Part shown: piece after piece, positions 8,645 through 15,121 of the stretch
Numbering within the stretch: position 1 is the stretch's first letter
How the letters are laid out: each line of letters opens with the position of its first letter
Source of the DNA: a virus
Taxonomy: Duplodnaviria; Heunggongvirae; Uroviricota; Caudoviricetes
DNA: 22,610 bases
Strand: one strand, 5' to 3'
IMG/VR virus record: IMGVR_UViG_3300020581_000009
Span: 1-22,610 of that record
Notes under the pieces: generated by a model
The model's database searches: none
Told to the model about the DNA's origin: nothing
The model's input: only the letters and a program-made list of their open reading frames with translations
Position numbers and translations under genes: made by a program

Positions 8645-8689
8645 CAGTTATTTTTAATACGGTATACCAGATAGTTATCGCGAGACCAT

Positions 8690-9058
8690 AGTTCCCCCCT
8701 TTCTGCCTTCAGTCTGGACTTAACCTAGACTGAAGCCCCTAGTGAGGGGGAGACGGGAGACAACTTTCCCATCCGCATACTTGGTGCCCTTCGCCGGTAA
8801 ACCGGACAAGTGCCAGTAGGATTTTTTCGGCTCCTACCCATGGCATCCCTCATCTAGCGGGACACCATGCTTCAACCGTTCCAGGGGGTTGCCCTGTCTG
8901 AAGGCCCAGGTCGCAAGGGGAGAGCGTTGCCTGGAATTGTTTTGGTTCGGGCAAATTGCCAGCGGCCCGCAACACCGTATGCACCTATTGACCTATAGGC
9001 ACGGGCGGTGGGGCATAACCGGCTCAGTCGGACGGGTGTCCGGGCTAGGGGACTTTTA
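8690..9058 (-). ncRNA. 3' part of a candidate large structured RNA interrupted by the outer IS
   Basis: No ORF-track entry. About nine back-to-back stems, e.g. 8707-8735, 8751-8774, 8839-8869, 8879-8936, 8984-8999, 9029-9042. Several need G.U pairs available only on the minus strand. Confidence 0.5.
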
Positions 9059-9071
9059 GGGAACTATGCAC

Positions 9072-9100
9072 TTGACATAGTTATAAATCGGGTGCATATT
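9072..9100 (+). promoter_or_regulatory. Transposase promoter overlapping the left IR of the outer IS
   Basis: TTGACA (inside the IR)-N17-CATATT. The inner IS has the same layout: TTGACA 10760-10765, N17, TGTATT 10783-10788. Confidence 0.65.
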
Positions 9101-9125
9101 GGCGGCCATAGAGAGGTTGCCCGCC

Positions 9126-10031
9126 ATGAATGTAGATCTGACAGACCCGATTTTTCACGATGAAAACAAGGCTCGCGAGCACCTTGAGGCGCAGCGCTGG
9201 CCCGATGGCCCGTTCTGCCCGCATTGCGGCGAGGTCGATAACATTTGCCGATTACATGGCAAGTCCCACCGCCCCGGCCTGTTCCAGTGCAACTCATGCC
9301 TTCAGGCATTTACGGTTATGGTCGGCTCGGTTTTCGAGTCGTCGCATATCCCGCTGACCAAGTGGGTACTGGCCTTTCACCTGATGGCCGCGAGCAAGAA
9401 GGGTATGAGTGCCCTACAGCTACAGCGGATGCTCGGCCTTGGCTCCTACCGGTCGGCTTGGTTCATGTGCCACCGTATCCGTGAGGCCATGAAGCCGGCC
9501 AAGCCAAGCCCGTTGGGTGGCCCTAAGAAGGTTGTCGAGGCAGACGAGACCTTCATCGGCGGCAAAGCCAAGAACCGCGCCTACGCCAAGAAGCCCCCAA
9601 AGAAAGAGGCGGTCTTTGCGTTGGTCGAGCGGGACGGCGAAAGCCGCTCATTCCATGTCGCCAACGTGAAGGCAAAGACCTTGCGCGAAGCCATCGTCAA
9701 GACGGCAGACCGTAAGTCATTCCTGATGACCGACGAATCGCCGTCCTACGAAACGGTTGGCGCAGAGTTTGCCCTTCACGCCACGGTCAACCATTCGCAG
9801 AATGAATACGTGCGCGCCGACTGGCACACGAACACGGTGGAAAGCCGTTTCGCTCTGATGAAGCGCGCCGTCTATGGGACGCACCATTCAGTCAGTCAGG
9901 CCCATCTGCACCGCTATTTAGTCGAATGGGACTACAAGTGGAACACCCGCAAGATGAAGGATGGGGAACGTGCCGCGCTTGCCGTCTATGGTGCCGGTGG
10001 CAAGCGTCTCACGTACCGCAATCCTAACTGA
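9126..10031 (+). CDS. IS1595-family transposase (Zn ribbon + ISXO2-like DDE domain)
   Basis: CPHC...CNSC Zn ribbon, EADETFIGG, LMTDES, HTNTVESRF, HLHRYL.EWDYKWN. ATG 9126 follows a GAGAGG RBS; the track's start at 9099 is probably too early. Confidence 0.95.
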   Translation: MNVDLTDPIFHDENKAREHLEAQRWPDGPFCPHCGEVDNICRLHGKSHRPGLFQCNSCLQAFTVMVGSVFESSHIPLTKWVLAFHLMAASKKGMSALQLQRMLGLGSYRSAWFMCHRIREAMKPAKPSPLGGPKKVVEADETFIGGKAKNRAYAKKPPKKEAVFALVERDGESRSFHVANVKAKTLREAIVKTADRKSFLMTDESPSYETVGAEFALHATVNHSQNEYVRADWHTNTVESRFALMKRAVYGTHHSVSQAHLHRYLVEWDYKWNTRKMKDGERAALAVYGAGGKRLTYRNPN

Positions 10032-10099
10032 GCCCAAGACAAATCAAGCAGAAGGCAAAGCGCTTTCTGCGGTGGAGAAAACGCAAGGGTCGGGCATGA
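10028..10099 (+). CDS. Conserved basic micro-ORF (23 aa, CTG start) coupled to the transposase stop
   Basis: LSPRQIKQKAKRFLRWRKRKGRA; a homolog at 11756..11845 is conserved through synonymous substitutions. Confidence 0.5.
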   Translation: MSPRQIKQKAKRFLRWRKRKGRA

Positions 10100-10112
10100 C
10101 GCTCGGCCCTTG
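10084..10112 (+). terminator. Hairpin/terminator after the transposase-micro-ORF unit
   Basis: CAAGGGTCGGGC-ATGAC-GCTCGGCCCTTG, a 12-bp stem with two G.U pairs on the + strand, followed by TTTCGTT. Confidence 0.65.
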
Positions 10113-10157
10113 TTTCGTTATGCTAAGTCTATAAGTTGGCTTCGGAGTTGCATAAAA

Positions 10158-10472
10158 ATGACGATCAAGACTTATGTAGCGCTCGATGATGGGACGACAG
10201 TTTTGGTCGAAACCATCGAGCACGAAGGAGACCTCTGGCTTGTGCCAAAATGGATCGCCACGTCATTCCCAAACATGCACAAGCCAGCCCGAATGATTCG
10301 GATGCCGAAAGATCGGCTCCAGGACCTCGGCCATGATTTTCTCGCAAGCGGGATTCATGCACATAAACTAGACGGTCAAGTGTCCAAAGTTTTGTTGGAC
10401 GTGGCCAACCCGTTGCAATCAGACCAGCCGTTCGACGTTCTAGAGGCTCCGGAGTTATTGATTCGTCGATGA
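10158..10472 (+). CDS. IS passenger, hypothetical protein (104 aa)
   Basis: GGAG RBS before ATG 10158; globular-looking sequence (ETIEHEGDLWLVPKW...KPARMIR). Confidence 0.65.
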   Translation: MTIKTYVALDDGTTVLVETIEHEGDLWLVPKWIATSFPNMHKPARMIRMPKDRLQDLGHDFLASGIHAHKLDGQVSKVLLDVANPLQSDQPFDVLEAPELLIRR

Positions 10473-10809
10473 ATTGTTGATTTCGAATCACTCTGTGTAC
10501 CATTTCTTCCTTCCTCAATTCCGAAAACCTCTAATTGCCCATCCCAAAGCCGAACCGAACGCCAGCACAAGCACGGGAGGGATCAGGGCAATTTTGATGG
10601 CTGTTTGAATGGCGATCTTTCTAGAGCCGAGAAGTTCAAGTTGTAAGTCAGATATAATCGTGCCCTGCGGCGGGTCAGGGGGCGGTAGGCTTAAAACCGC
10701 TACCGTACCAACCGCACCAATCCAAAGTACGGAGAGGACAATCCACCCCAATTATATCGTTGACATCACAAGCTCTATATGCTGTATTGAGGCCATCACA
10801 CAGGGATCG

Positions 10810-11763
10810 ATGGTCATGGACACGTTTTCAGCCCCGCATTTCCACAATGACGAAGCTGCCAGAGCCTATCTGGAAGCCCTGCGTTGGCCCGATGGTCCGG
10901 TCTGCCCGCATTGTGGCTCGGTCAATCACGCCTATGTGATTAATCCTGCCGGCACCTATCGCTGCGCAGAAAAGGAATGCCGGGGGAACTTCTCGGTCAC
11001 AATGAATTCTCCCATGGAGCGCAGCCATATCGCTCTGCACAAGTGGGTCCAAGCATTCCATCTAATGGCGTCCAGCAAGAAAGGCGTCTCAGCCCACCAA
11101 TTGCACCGGACTCTGGAAATCACGTATCGCTCGGCATGGTTCATGGCGCACCGCATTCGCGAGTGTATGCGATCGGGCGGTCTCGCCCCGATGGGTGGCG
11201 ATGGCCAGATCGTTGAGGCCGATGAAACATATTATGGCCCGGTCGATAACCCGCGTACCGAAACGACCATCGGTCGGCCGTTCACGAAGCGTGGCAAAAC
11301 CGGTCCAGCCAATAAGCGCCCGATCCTCGCGCTGGTCGAGCGCGGCGGCAAGGTTCGCACGTTCCATGTGCCGGTTGCCGATCAGAAAACGGTCGAGAAG
11401 ATCGTCACGGAAAACATCGCTCGCGAGTCACGGCTGCACACCGATGAAAGCCGCCTCTATTTCAACGCGGCCGATCATTTTGCCGCGCACAAGACCGTGA
11501 AGCACACCGCGAAGGAATACGCGCGGCGCGAAGACGGAGAAAACATCCACTGCAATTCTGCGGAAGGTTACTTCTCGATTTTCAAGCGCGGCATGAAGGG
11601 CATCTATCAGCACTGCGACGAAAAGCATTTACACAGATATTTGTCGGAATTCGATTTCCGCTACAATCACCGAGTCCGGCTCGGATACGACGATGGGGAA
11701 CGTGCAGCCATGGCGGTCAAGAACGCGACCGGCAAGCGGCTGACGTACCGGCTCACTGACTAA
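10810..11763 (+). CDS. IS1595-family transposase (second, divergent copy)
   Basis: CPHC...CAEKEC, EADETYYG, LHTDES, HCNSAEGYFSIFKRG, HLHRYLSEFDFRYN. True start is ATG 10810 or 10816, because the track's 10609 start lies outside the IR. Confidence 0.95.
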   Translation: MVMDTFSAPHFHNDEAARAYLEALRWPDGPVCPHCGSVNHAYVINPAGTYRCAEKECRGNFSVTMNSPMERSHIALHKWVQAFHLMASSKKGVSAHQLHRTLEITYRSAWFMAHRIRECMRSGGLAPMGGDGQIVEADETYYGPVDNPRTETTIGRPFTKRGKTGPANKRPILALVERGGKVRTFHVPVADQKTVEKIVTENIARESRLHTDESRLYFNAADHFAAHKTVKHTAKEYARREDGENIHCNSAEGYFSIFKRGMKGIYQHCDEKHLHRYLSEFDFRYNHRVRLGYDDGERAAMAVKNATGKRLTYRLTD

Positions 11764-11845
11764 GCCTGTTTTCAGGCATAAGGCCGCGCGGTTTCTGCGC
11801 TGGCGCAAGAAACTCCCCAAGAAGAAACGCAAGGGCCGAGCATGA
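11756..11845 (+). CDS. Conserved basic micro-ORF (29 aa, CTG start)
   Basis: LTKPVFRHKAARFLRWRKKLPKKKRKGRA; same register as 10028..10099, with an in-frame 18-nt indel. Confidence 0.5.
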   Translation: MTKPVFRHKAARFLRWRKKLPKKKRKGRA

Positions 11846-11859
11846 CGCTCGGCCCTTGC
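11829..11859 (+). terminator. Hairpin/terminator, homolog of 10084-10112
   Basis: GCAAGGGCCGAGC-ATGAC-GCTCGGCCCTTGC, a perfect 13-bp stem. Confidence 0.65.
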
Positions 11860-11898
11860 TTCGCTATCCTGGCGGTGCCAACCAACTAGGAGCGAGTC

Positions 11899-12105
11899 AT
11901 GGCTAAACAGATTGCGCCCGCCTACGCCCTTTCTCTCTGCGTCGTTCTCGCTCTTCATAAAACTGATCCCAAATTTCTTGCACTCTTACGGTCCACCGTG
12001 GCGGATTTCCAGAAGACTCAGCCCAAGGACGGGATAACATGGGAGACTCTTGAGCTTTTTTTGCGCGCCCTATACGACTCTGAGATTTTTGTAAAATCGT
12101 CTTAG
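11899..12105 (+). CDS. IS passenger, hypothetical protein (68 aa)
   Basis: AGGAG RBS; same slot as 10158..10472; overlapped antisense by a 72-aa ORF. Confidence 0.5.
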   Translation: MAKQIAPAYALSLCVVLALHKTDPKFLALLRSTVADFQKTQPKDGITWETLELFLRALYDSEIFVKSS

Positions 12106-12133
12106 TTTCTTTTGTTGCCATTGGTTTTCCCCG

Positions 12134-12556
12134 TTAATCCGCTACCTTGGTCCACCGAACTTCAATAGACTTGATTTTTAAATCGTCGGCCGGATTGAGC
12201 AGAGTCAGGCCGGTAGTGTCGAACTCTTTTTGCTCTTTTTGCCAAGCAATTGCGGGAACGATGTACCTCGCTGCGTTATATGCGATCACGGTTGCCTGAA
12301 AGTGGCACCCTTTGTCGCCAAGTGGTGCATGTCCCCAATCACAGTCTTTCGGTTTGATACCAATGTTAACTTGGTCGAGGCTGACTTTGTATTTCGCGGA
12401 ATACCAGATGGAATCCATCCATGTGTCGCCGGGGCCTAGCCAAACAGTAGCCACTAAGACCGCGACAAAAATCCAGCCCCCGTACAAGCCGAGCGTACCA
12501 ATAAATGCAAAAAACGCCCTCACGTTGGCTCCAAACTCATCCAGTCGTGCATTCAC
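12134..12556 (-). CDS. IS passenger, membrane-anchored protein (140 aa)
   Basis: GTG start overlaps the stop of the 2-TM gene; N-terminal hydrophobic segment followed by a soluble domain with a CDWGH...KGC Cys pair. Confidence 0.7.
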   Translation of the reverse strand: MNARLDEFGANVRAFFAFIGTLGLYGGWIFVAVLVATVWLGPGDTWMDSIWYSAKYKVSLDQVNIGIKPKDCDWGHAPLGDKGCHFQATVIAYNAARYIVPAIAWQKEQKEFDTTGLTLLNPADDLKIKSIEVRWTKVAD

Positions 12557-12855
12557 CGAAAACCTCTAAGCGCCCACCCCAATGCCGATCCTATCATCAA
12601 CAATAGGACAGGGGGGATAAGAGCAATCTCGGTAGCGGTTTGAATGGCTCGCTGTCGATTAGCGGCGGCTTCTATGACCCATGGTGCGTCTGGTAACGAA
12701 TCAGACTGCTGTTGAGCGCTTGGTTGCGGATTAAATTTCGCCCAAGGGTCAGCCGCCGGAAAATTCAATGTTGCCACGGCAATCACCGCACCGATCCATA
12801 ACACAGAAAGGACAAGCCACAGTCGGAGAAATCCGCGTGCGATTCGCAATGCCAT
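12553..12855 (-). CDS. Two-TM membrane protein (100 aa), intact
   Basis: ARGFLRLWLVLSVLWIGAV...AIQTATEIALIPPVLLLMIGSALGWALRGFR; two hydrophobic helices around a Pro/Gln-rich loop. Confidence 0.85.
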   Translation of the reverse strand: MALRIARGFLRLWLVLSVLWIGAVIAVATLNFPAADPWAKFNPQPSAQQQSDSLPDAPWVIEAAANRQRAIQTATEIALIPPVLLLMIGSALGWALRGFR

Positions 12856-12864
12856 CGCTGGTCC

Positions 12865-13026
12865 CTATCCCTTTTTACTCTTGGGACTCTTGACCGGCTT
12901 TCCTCTAGGCTTGCCGAGCTTCATTTCGGCCTGCGGCTTGGGCGGCATCTTGAACGCCGCTCGCAATGCCGCAGCCGCGCGCCGTTCGGTTTCTTCTCTT
13001 GTGAATTGGTCGAGGGGCTTGGCCAT
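12865..13026 (-). CDS. Basic peptide (53 aa), not in the ORF track
   Basis: MAKPLDQFTREETERRAAAALRAAFKMPPKPQAEMKLGKPRGKPVKSPKSKKG; homologous to 13874..14029. Confidence 0.8.
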   Translation of the reverse strand: MAKPLDQFTREETERRAAAALRAAFKMPPKPQAEMKLGKPRGKPVKSPKSKKG

Positions 13027-13639
13027 GGCTGCACCACTAAGCGAGGAGGATGAATACGATCAACAGTTCAGAAACATTTGCTTCAATATGGGAATTGCTC
13101 TTGTAGAATGGCAGCGTCTTGAAGACCAGCATTACGGGCTTTTCCGACATTTGACTGGCATCCAGCGACAAGACCTTGCTTCAATTGTGTACCATAGCAC
13201 GGAGAGCTTTGACGCGCGACGTGTAATGGTGGGTCACCTAGCGCGAGCTTTCATCGACCAATTGAACGACAAACAGCAGGCGAAAGCTCGTAGGCAAATA
13301 GCTGCTATTGATAAGGGGCTGGCAGATGCAAGCAAAAATCGCAATAAAATAGCCCACCATGCAATGGAATATAAAATCTCTTCCATGAAAGAGAACGATG
13401 ACGGCAGCATTACAATCGAATACGGGCCTCCTAGGCTGCAGCAATCATCATCCAATATATTGAGCCGGATAGAGGGGCGCGGTCCGGACCAGAAGGGGCA
13501 CGACCTGGGGGTAACCGAACTACAGACATACAGAGATGAATTTAAAAAGGTGCAGGCGCAAATTATCGCCTTCAATCACTGGCTGGCTTTAGTGACGCCT
13601 CCGCAGCCGCTGCAATCAGGCGCTCCACAATCGACATAG
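13025..13639 (+). CDS. HEPN-motif protein (204 aa), candidate RNase toxin
   Basis: GAGGGG RBS before ATG 13025; helical sequence with EWQRLE and an R-x4-H motif (RNKIAH). Confidence 0.65.
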   Translation: MAAPLSEEDEYDQQFRNICFNMGIALVEWQRLEDQHYGLFRHLTGIQRQDLASIVYHSTESFDARRVMVGHLARAFIDQLNDKQQAKARRQIAAIDKGLADASKNRNKIAHHAMEYKISSMKENDDGSITIEYGPPRLQQSSSNILSRIEGRGPDQKGHDLGVTELQTYRDEFKKVQAQIIAFNHWLALVTPPQPLQSGAPQST

Positions 13640-13799
13640 CCCCCCATGGGCCGCCAATCCAAACGCGGCCATAGAAATCCGCCTCGTCCATCAACCTCTG
13701 AACCATCCTGCCAATAGCAGCGTCGTCGGCCAGCAGATCGGCCCATTTCTGGTCAGGCTGGACTACTCCTGAATTCTGTAGCGTCGGCCTGTCGGTCAC
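13572..13799 (-). CDS. Small ORF next to the right IR of the inner IS (75 aa)
   Basis: AGGAG then GTG; same slot as 14616..14807; overlaps the HEPN gene 3' end by 68 nt. Confidence 0.4.
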   Translation of the reverse strand: MTDRPTLQNSGVVQPDQKWADLLADDAAIGRMVQRLMDEADFYGRVWIGGPWGAMSIVERLIAAAAEASLKPASD

Positions 13800-13873
13800 A
13801 TACTACTCCTAGAGCTTGTGATGTCAACGATATAATTGGGCAATCCACAATCTGAGAAATCCGCGAGCGAACC

Positions 13874-14029
13874 TCACGGGTTGGCCTTGCGTGGCTCGGG
13901 ACTCTTCTTCTTTTTCCCGGTAGGCTTATGCGGCTTTGGCGGCGTGTTCAGCGCAACGCGCAAGGCGGCGTTGGCGCGGCGTTTGGTCTCTTCGGTGCTG
14001 TAGAAGTCGGTCGGTTTGTTTTTGCTCAT
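13874..14029 (-). CDS. Basic peptide (51 aa), not in the ORF track
   Basis: MSKNKPTDFYSTEETKRRANAALRVALNTPPKPHKPTGKKKKSPEPRKANP; its TGA overlaps the GTG of the split 2-TM gene. Confidence 0.8.
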   Translation of the reverse strand: MSKNKPTDFYSTEETKRRANAALRVALNTPPKPHKPTGKKKKSPEPRKANP

Positions 14030-14044
14030 GCAGCGGATGATAGC

Positions 14045-14662
14045 ATGACGGTGGTATCAAAAAAAGCGCGAAAGGAAGCTCTGGCTCGCGCCAAGGAGCG
14101 CCTAAATGCCCGGAGCTTCGGGAATGATTCGTGGCAGGTGATACTGCAATACACCGGAGATTCCTCGAATCTTCAAACATCTGATAGAGCAACCGCGCTT
14201 GTACTGGGTGCCATCTTAGAGCAAGGGCTTGAACTTGCGATTCTTTCGCATTGCGTTCTCGGGTGGAACACGCCGGAATCGGAGTCGGAACAGAGAAAGC
14301 TATTTGGTGGAGGTGAAGACGCCCCTATAAATTTCGCCGTAAAAATTAGGCTTGCCTATGCGCTCGGCGTATATGGGCCCAACACTAGAGATGATTTGGA
14401 CCTGATGAGGCATATCCGCAACCTTTTTGCCCACGATAGGGGCCACCTGACTTTCAATGATGAAATAGCATCAAAACTTTGTGTCCAAATAAAATGGATC
14501 GATGCGTTTCCGTGGGGAGGCGTTACTGGAAATGCGCCAGCGTCTCCCCGAGATCAGTACGTAGAAACAGTCAAGCACTTTTTCCCATTTCTAACGGTGG
14601 GAGTTGGCAGGCCAATCAAATACCTGGATTCTCCTTTTGCTCTTTCTGTAATGTATGCCTAG
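14045..14662 (+). CDS. MtlR-like HEPN-superfamily protein (205 aa)
   Basis: SDRATALVLGAILEQGL...LF...NFAVKIRLAYALGV...DLDLMRHIRNLFAHD...LTFND, with R-x4-H (RNLFAH). Start at ATG 14045 is inferred. Confidence 0.7.
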   Translation: MTVVSKKARKEALARAKERLNARSFGNDSWQVILQYTGDSSNLQTSDRATALVLGAILEQGLELAILSHCVLGWNTPESESEQRKLFGGGEDAPINFAVKIRLAYALGVYGPNTRDDLDLMRHIRNLFAHDRGHLTFNDEIASKLCVQIKWIDAFPWGGVTGNAPASPRDQYVETVKHFFPFLTVGVGRPIKYLDSPFALSVMYA

Positions 14663-14807
14663 CCCTCCACATCGCTTCAAAAGCAACCAACGCGCACACT
14701 CCTGGGTCGTCGGTACATCCGATTGCAAGGAGAGCCCGTTCGCCGGCCTCAATCATTTCGTCCGTGACTTCGATTTCAGCAGAACGTGTGTCGGGTGCTT
14801 GTTCCAT
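14616..14807 (-). CDS. Small ORF next to the right IR of the outer IS (63 aa)
   Basis: GGGAG RBS; IEVTDEMIEAG motif; overlaps the HEPN gene 3' end by 47 nt. Confidence 0.6.
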   Translation of the reverse strand: MEQAPDTRSAEIEVTDEMIEAGERALLAIGCTDDPGVCALVAFEAMWRARHTLQKEQKENPGI

Positions 14808-14956
14808 CGCTCCCTATAACACAAGTTATTCTACAAAGCAAATTCTCGCGAGTAATTAAGCTCCCGTATGGACCGGGAGTTAGGCCGATGGCAAGCCAAC
14901 AACTTGCAATCTAGGCCGATTTATAACTATGTCAAGTGCATAGTTCCCGACTTTTA

Positions 14957-15065
14957 CGTTGACGGAAACACAGAAATAAGGTATATGCCCATCAACGGTC
15001 CACACGTCCCCGATCAAGGTTTATGTGGATCAGCCCGGCAAGACACCACATCTTGGCCGGGCACC
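14957..15065 (-). ncRNA. 5' part of the candidate large structured RNA
   Basis: Stems 15033-15062, 14999-15029 and 14957-14997; the last two gain G.U pairs on the minus strand. Putative promoter CTTGAT-N16-TATAGT at 15099-15072. Confidence 0.45.
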
Positions 15066-15121
15066 TTTTTGACTATACGAACGAATCGAGAACATCAAGG
15101 CATTAATTCTATTAGGGATAC

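Larger units (their letters stand above)
10747..13840 (+). mobile_element. Inner IS1595-family element with passenger genes (3094 bp), nested in the outer element
   Basis: Perfect 31-bp terminal inverted repeats CCCAATTATATCGTTGACATCACAAGCTCTA (10747-10777 / 13810-13840), flanked by the 8-bp duplication CAATCCAC (10739-10746, 13841-13848). Confidence 0.95.
10515..13877 (-). pseudogene. Two-TM membrane protein gene (86 aa) split by the inner IS
   Basis: Removing 10747-13840 and one copy of CAATCCAC rejoins GTG 13877 to TGA 10515: MRFARGFLRLWIVLSVLWIGAVGTVAVL...IALIPPVLVLAFGSALGWAIRGFRN, a clear paralog of 12553..12855. Confidence 0.9.
9059..14948 (+). mobile_element. Outer IS1595-family element with passenger genes (2788 bp without the nested element)
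   Basis: Perfect 33-bp terminal inverted repeats GGGAACTATGCACTTGACATAGTTATAAATCGG (9059-9091 / 14916-14948), flanked by the 8-bp duplication GACTTTTA (9051-9058, 14949-14956). Confidence 0.95.

Noticed and set aside
8687-8696. CATAGTTCCC matching the last 10 nt of the outer IS right IR
   Set aside because: The match stops at 10 bp with no TGTCAA box and no target duplication; probably chance.
8690-9058. Group I/II intron, RNase P or tmRNA identity for the structured tract
   Set aside because: No complete domain V, P7 core, GAGGAAAGUCC motif or tRNA-like end could be found by eye, and no interrupted host gene is evident.
8428-9058. CRISPR-like array
   Set aside because: Only two 10-bp repeats; no regular repeat-spacer period and no cas genes.
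10609-10809. 67-aa N-terminal extension of the second transposase in the ORF track
   Set aside because: It crosses the left IR and target duplication, so it is not part of the element.
10000-11845. Programmed frameshift extending the transposases into the RFLRWRK tail
   Set aside because: The required shift differs between copies (-1 versus +1), an in-frame stop lies just upstream, and no slippery sequence is visible.
12881-14044. N-terminal extensions of the two HEPN ORFs (from 12881 and 13928)
   Set aside because: They are the antisense of the conserved peptide genes; better starts lie at 13025 and 14045.
15033-15070. Plus-strand intrinsic terminator (hairpin followed by TTTTT)
   Set aside because: Possible, but neighbouring stems favour the minus strand and the A-run fits the spacing after a -10 box. 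It was treated as part of the candidate RNA; a dual role is not excluded.
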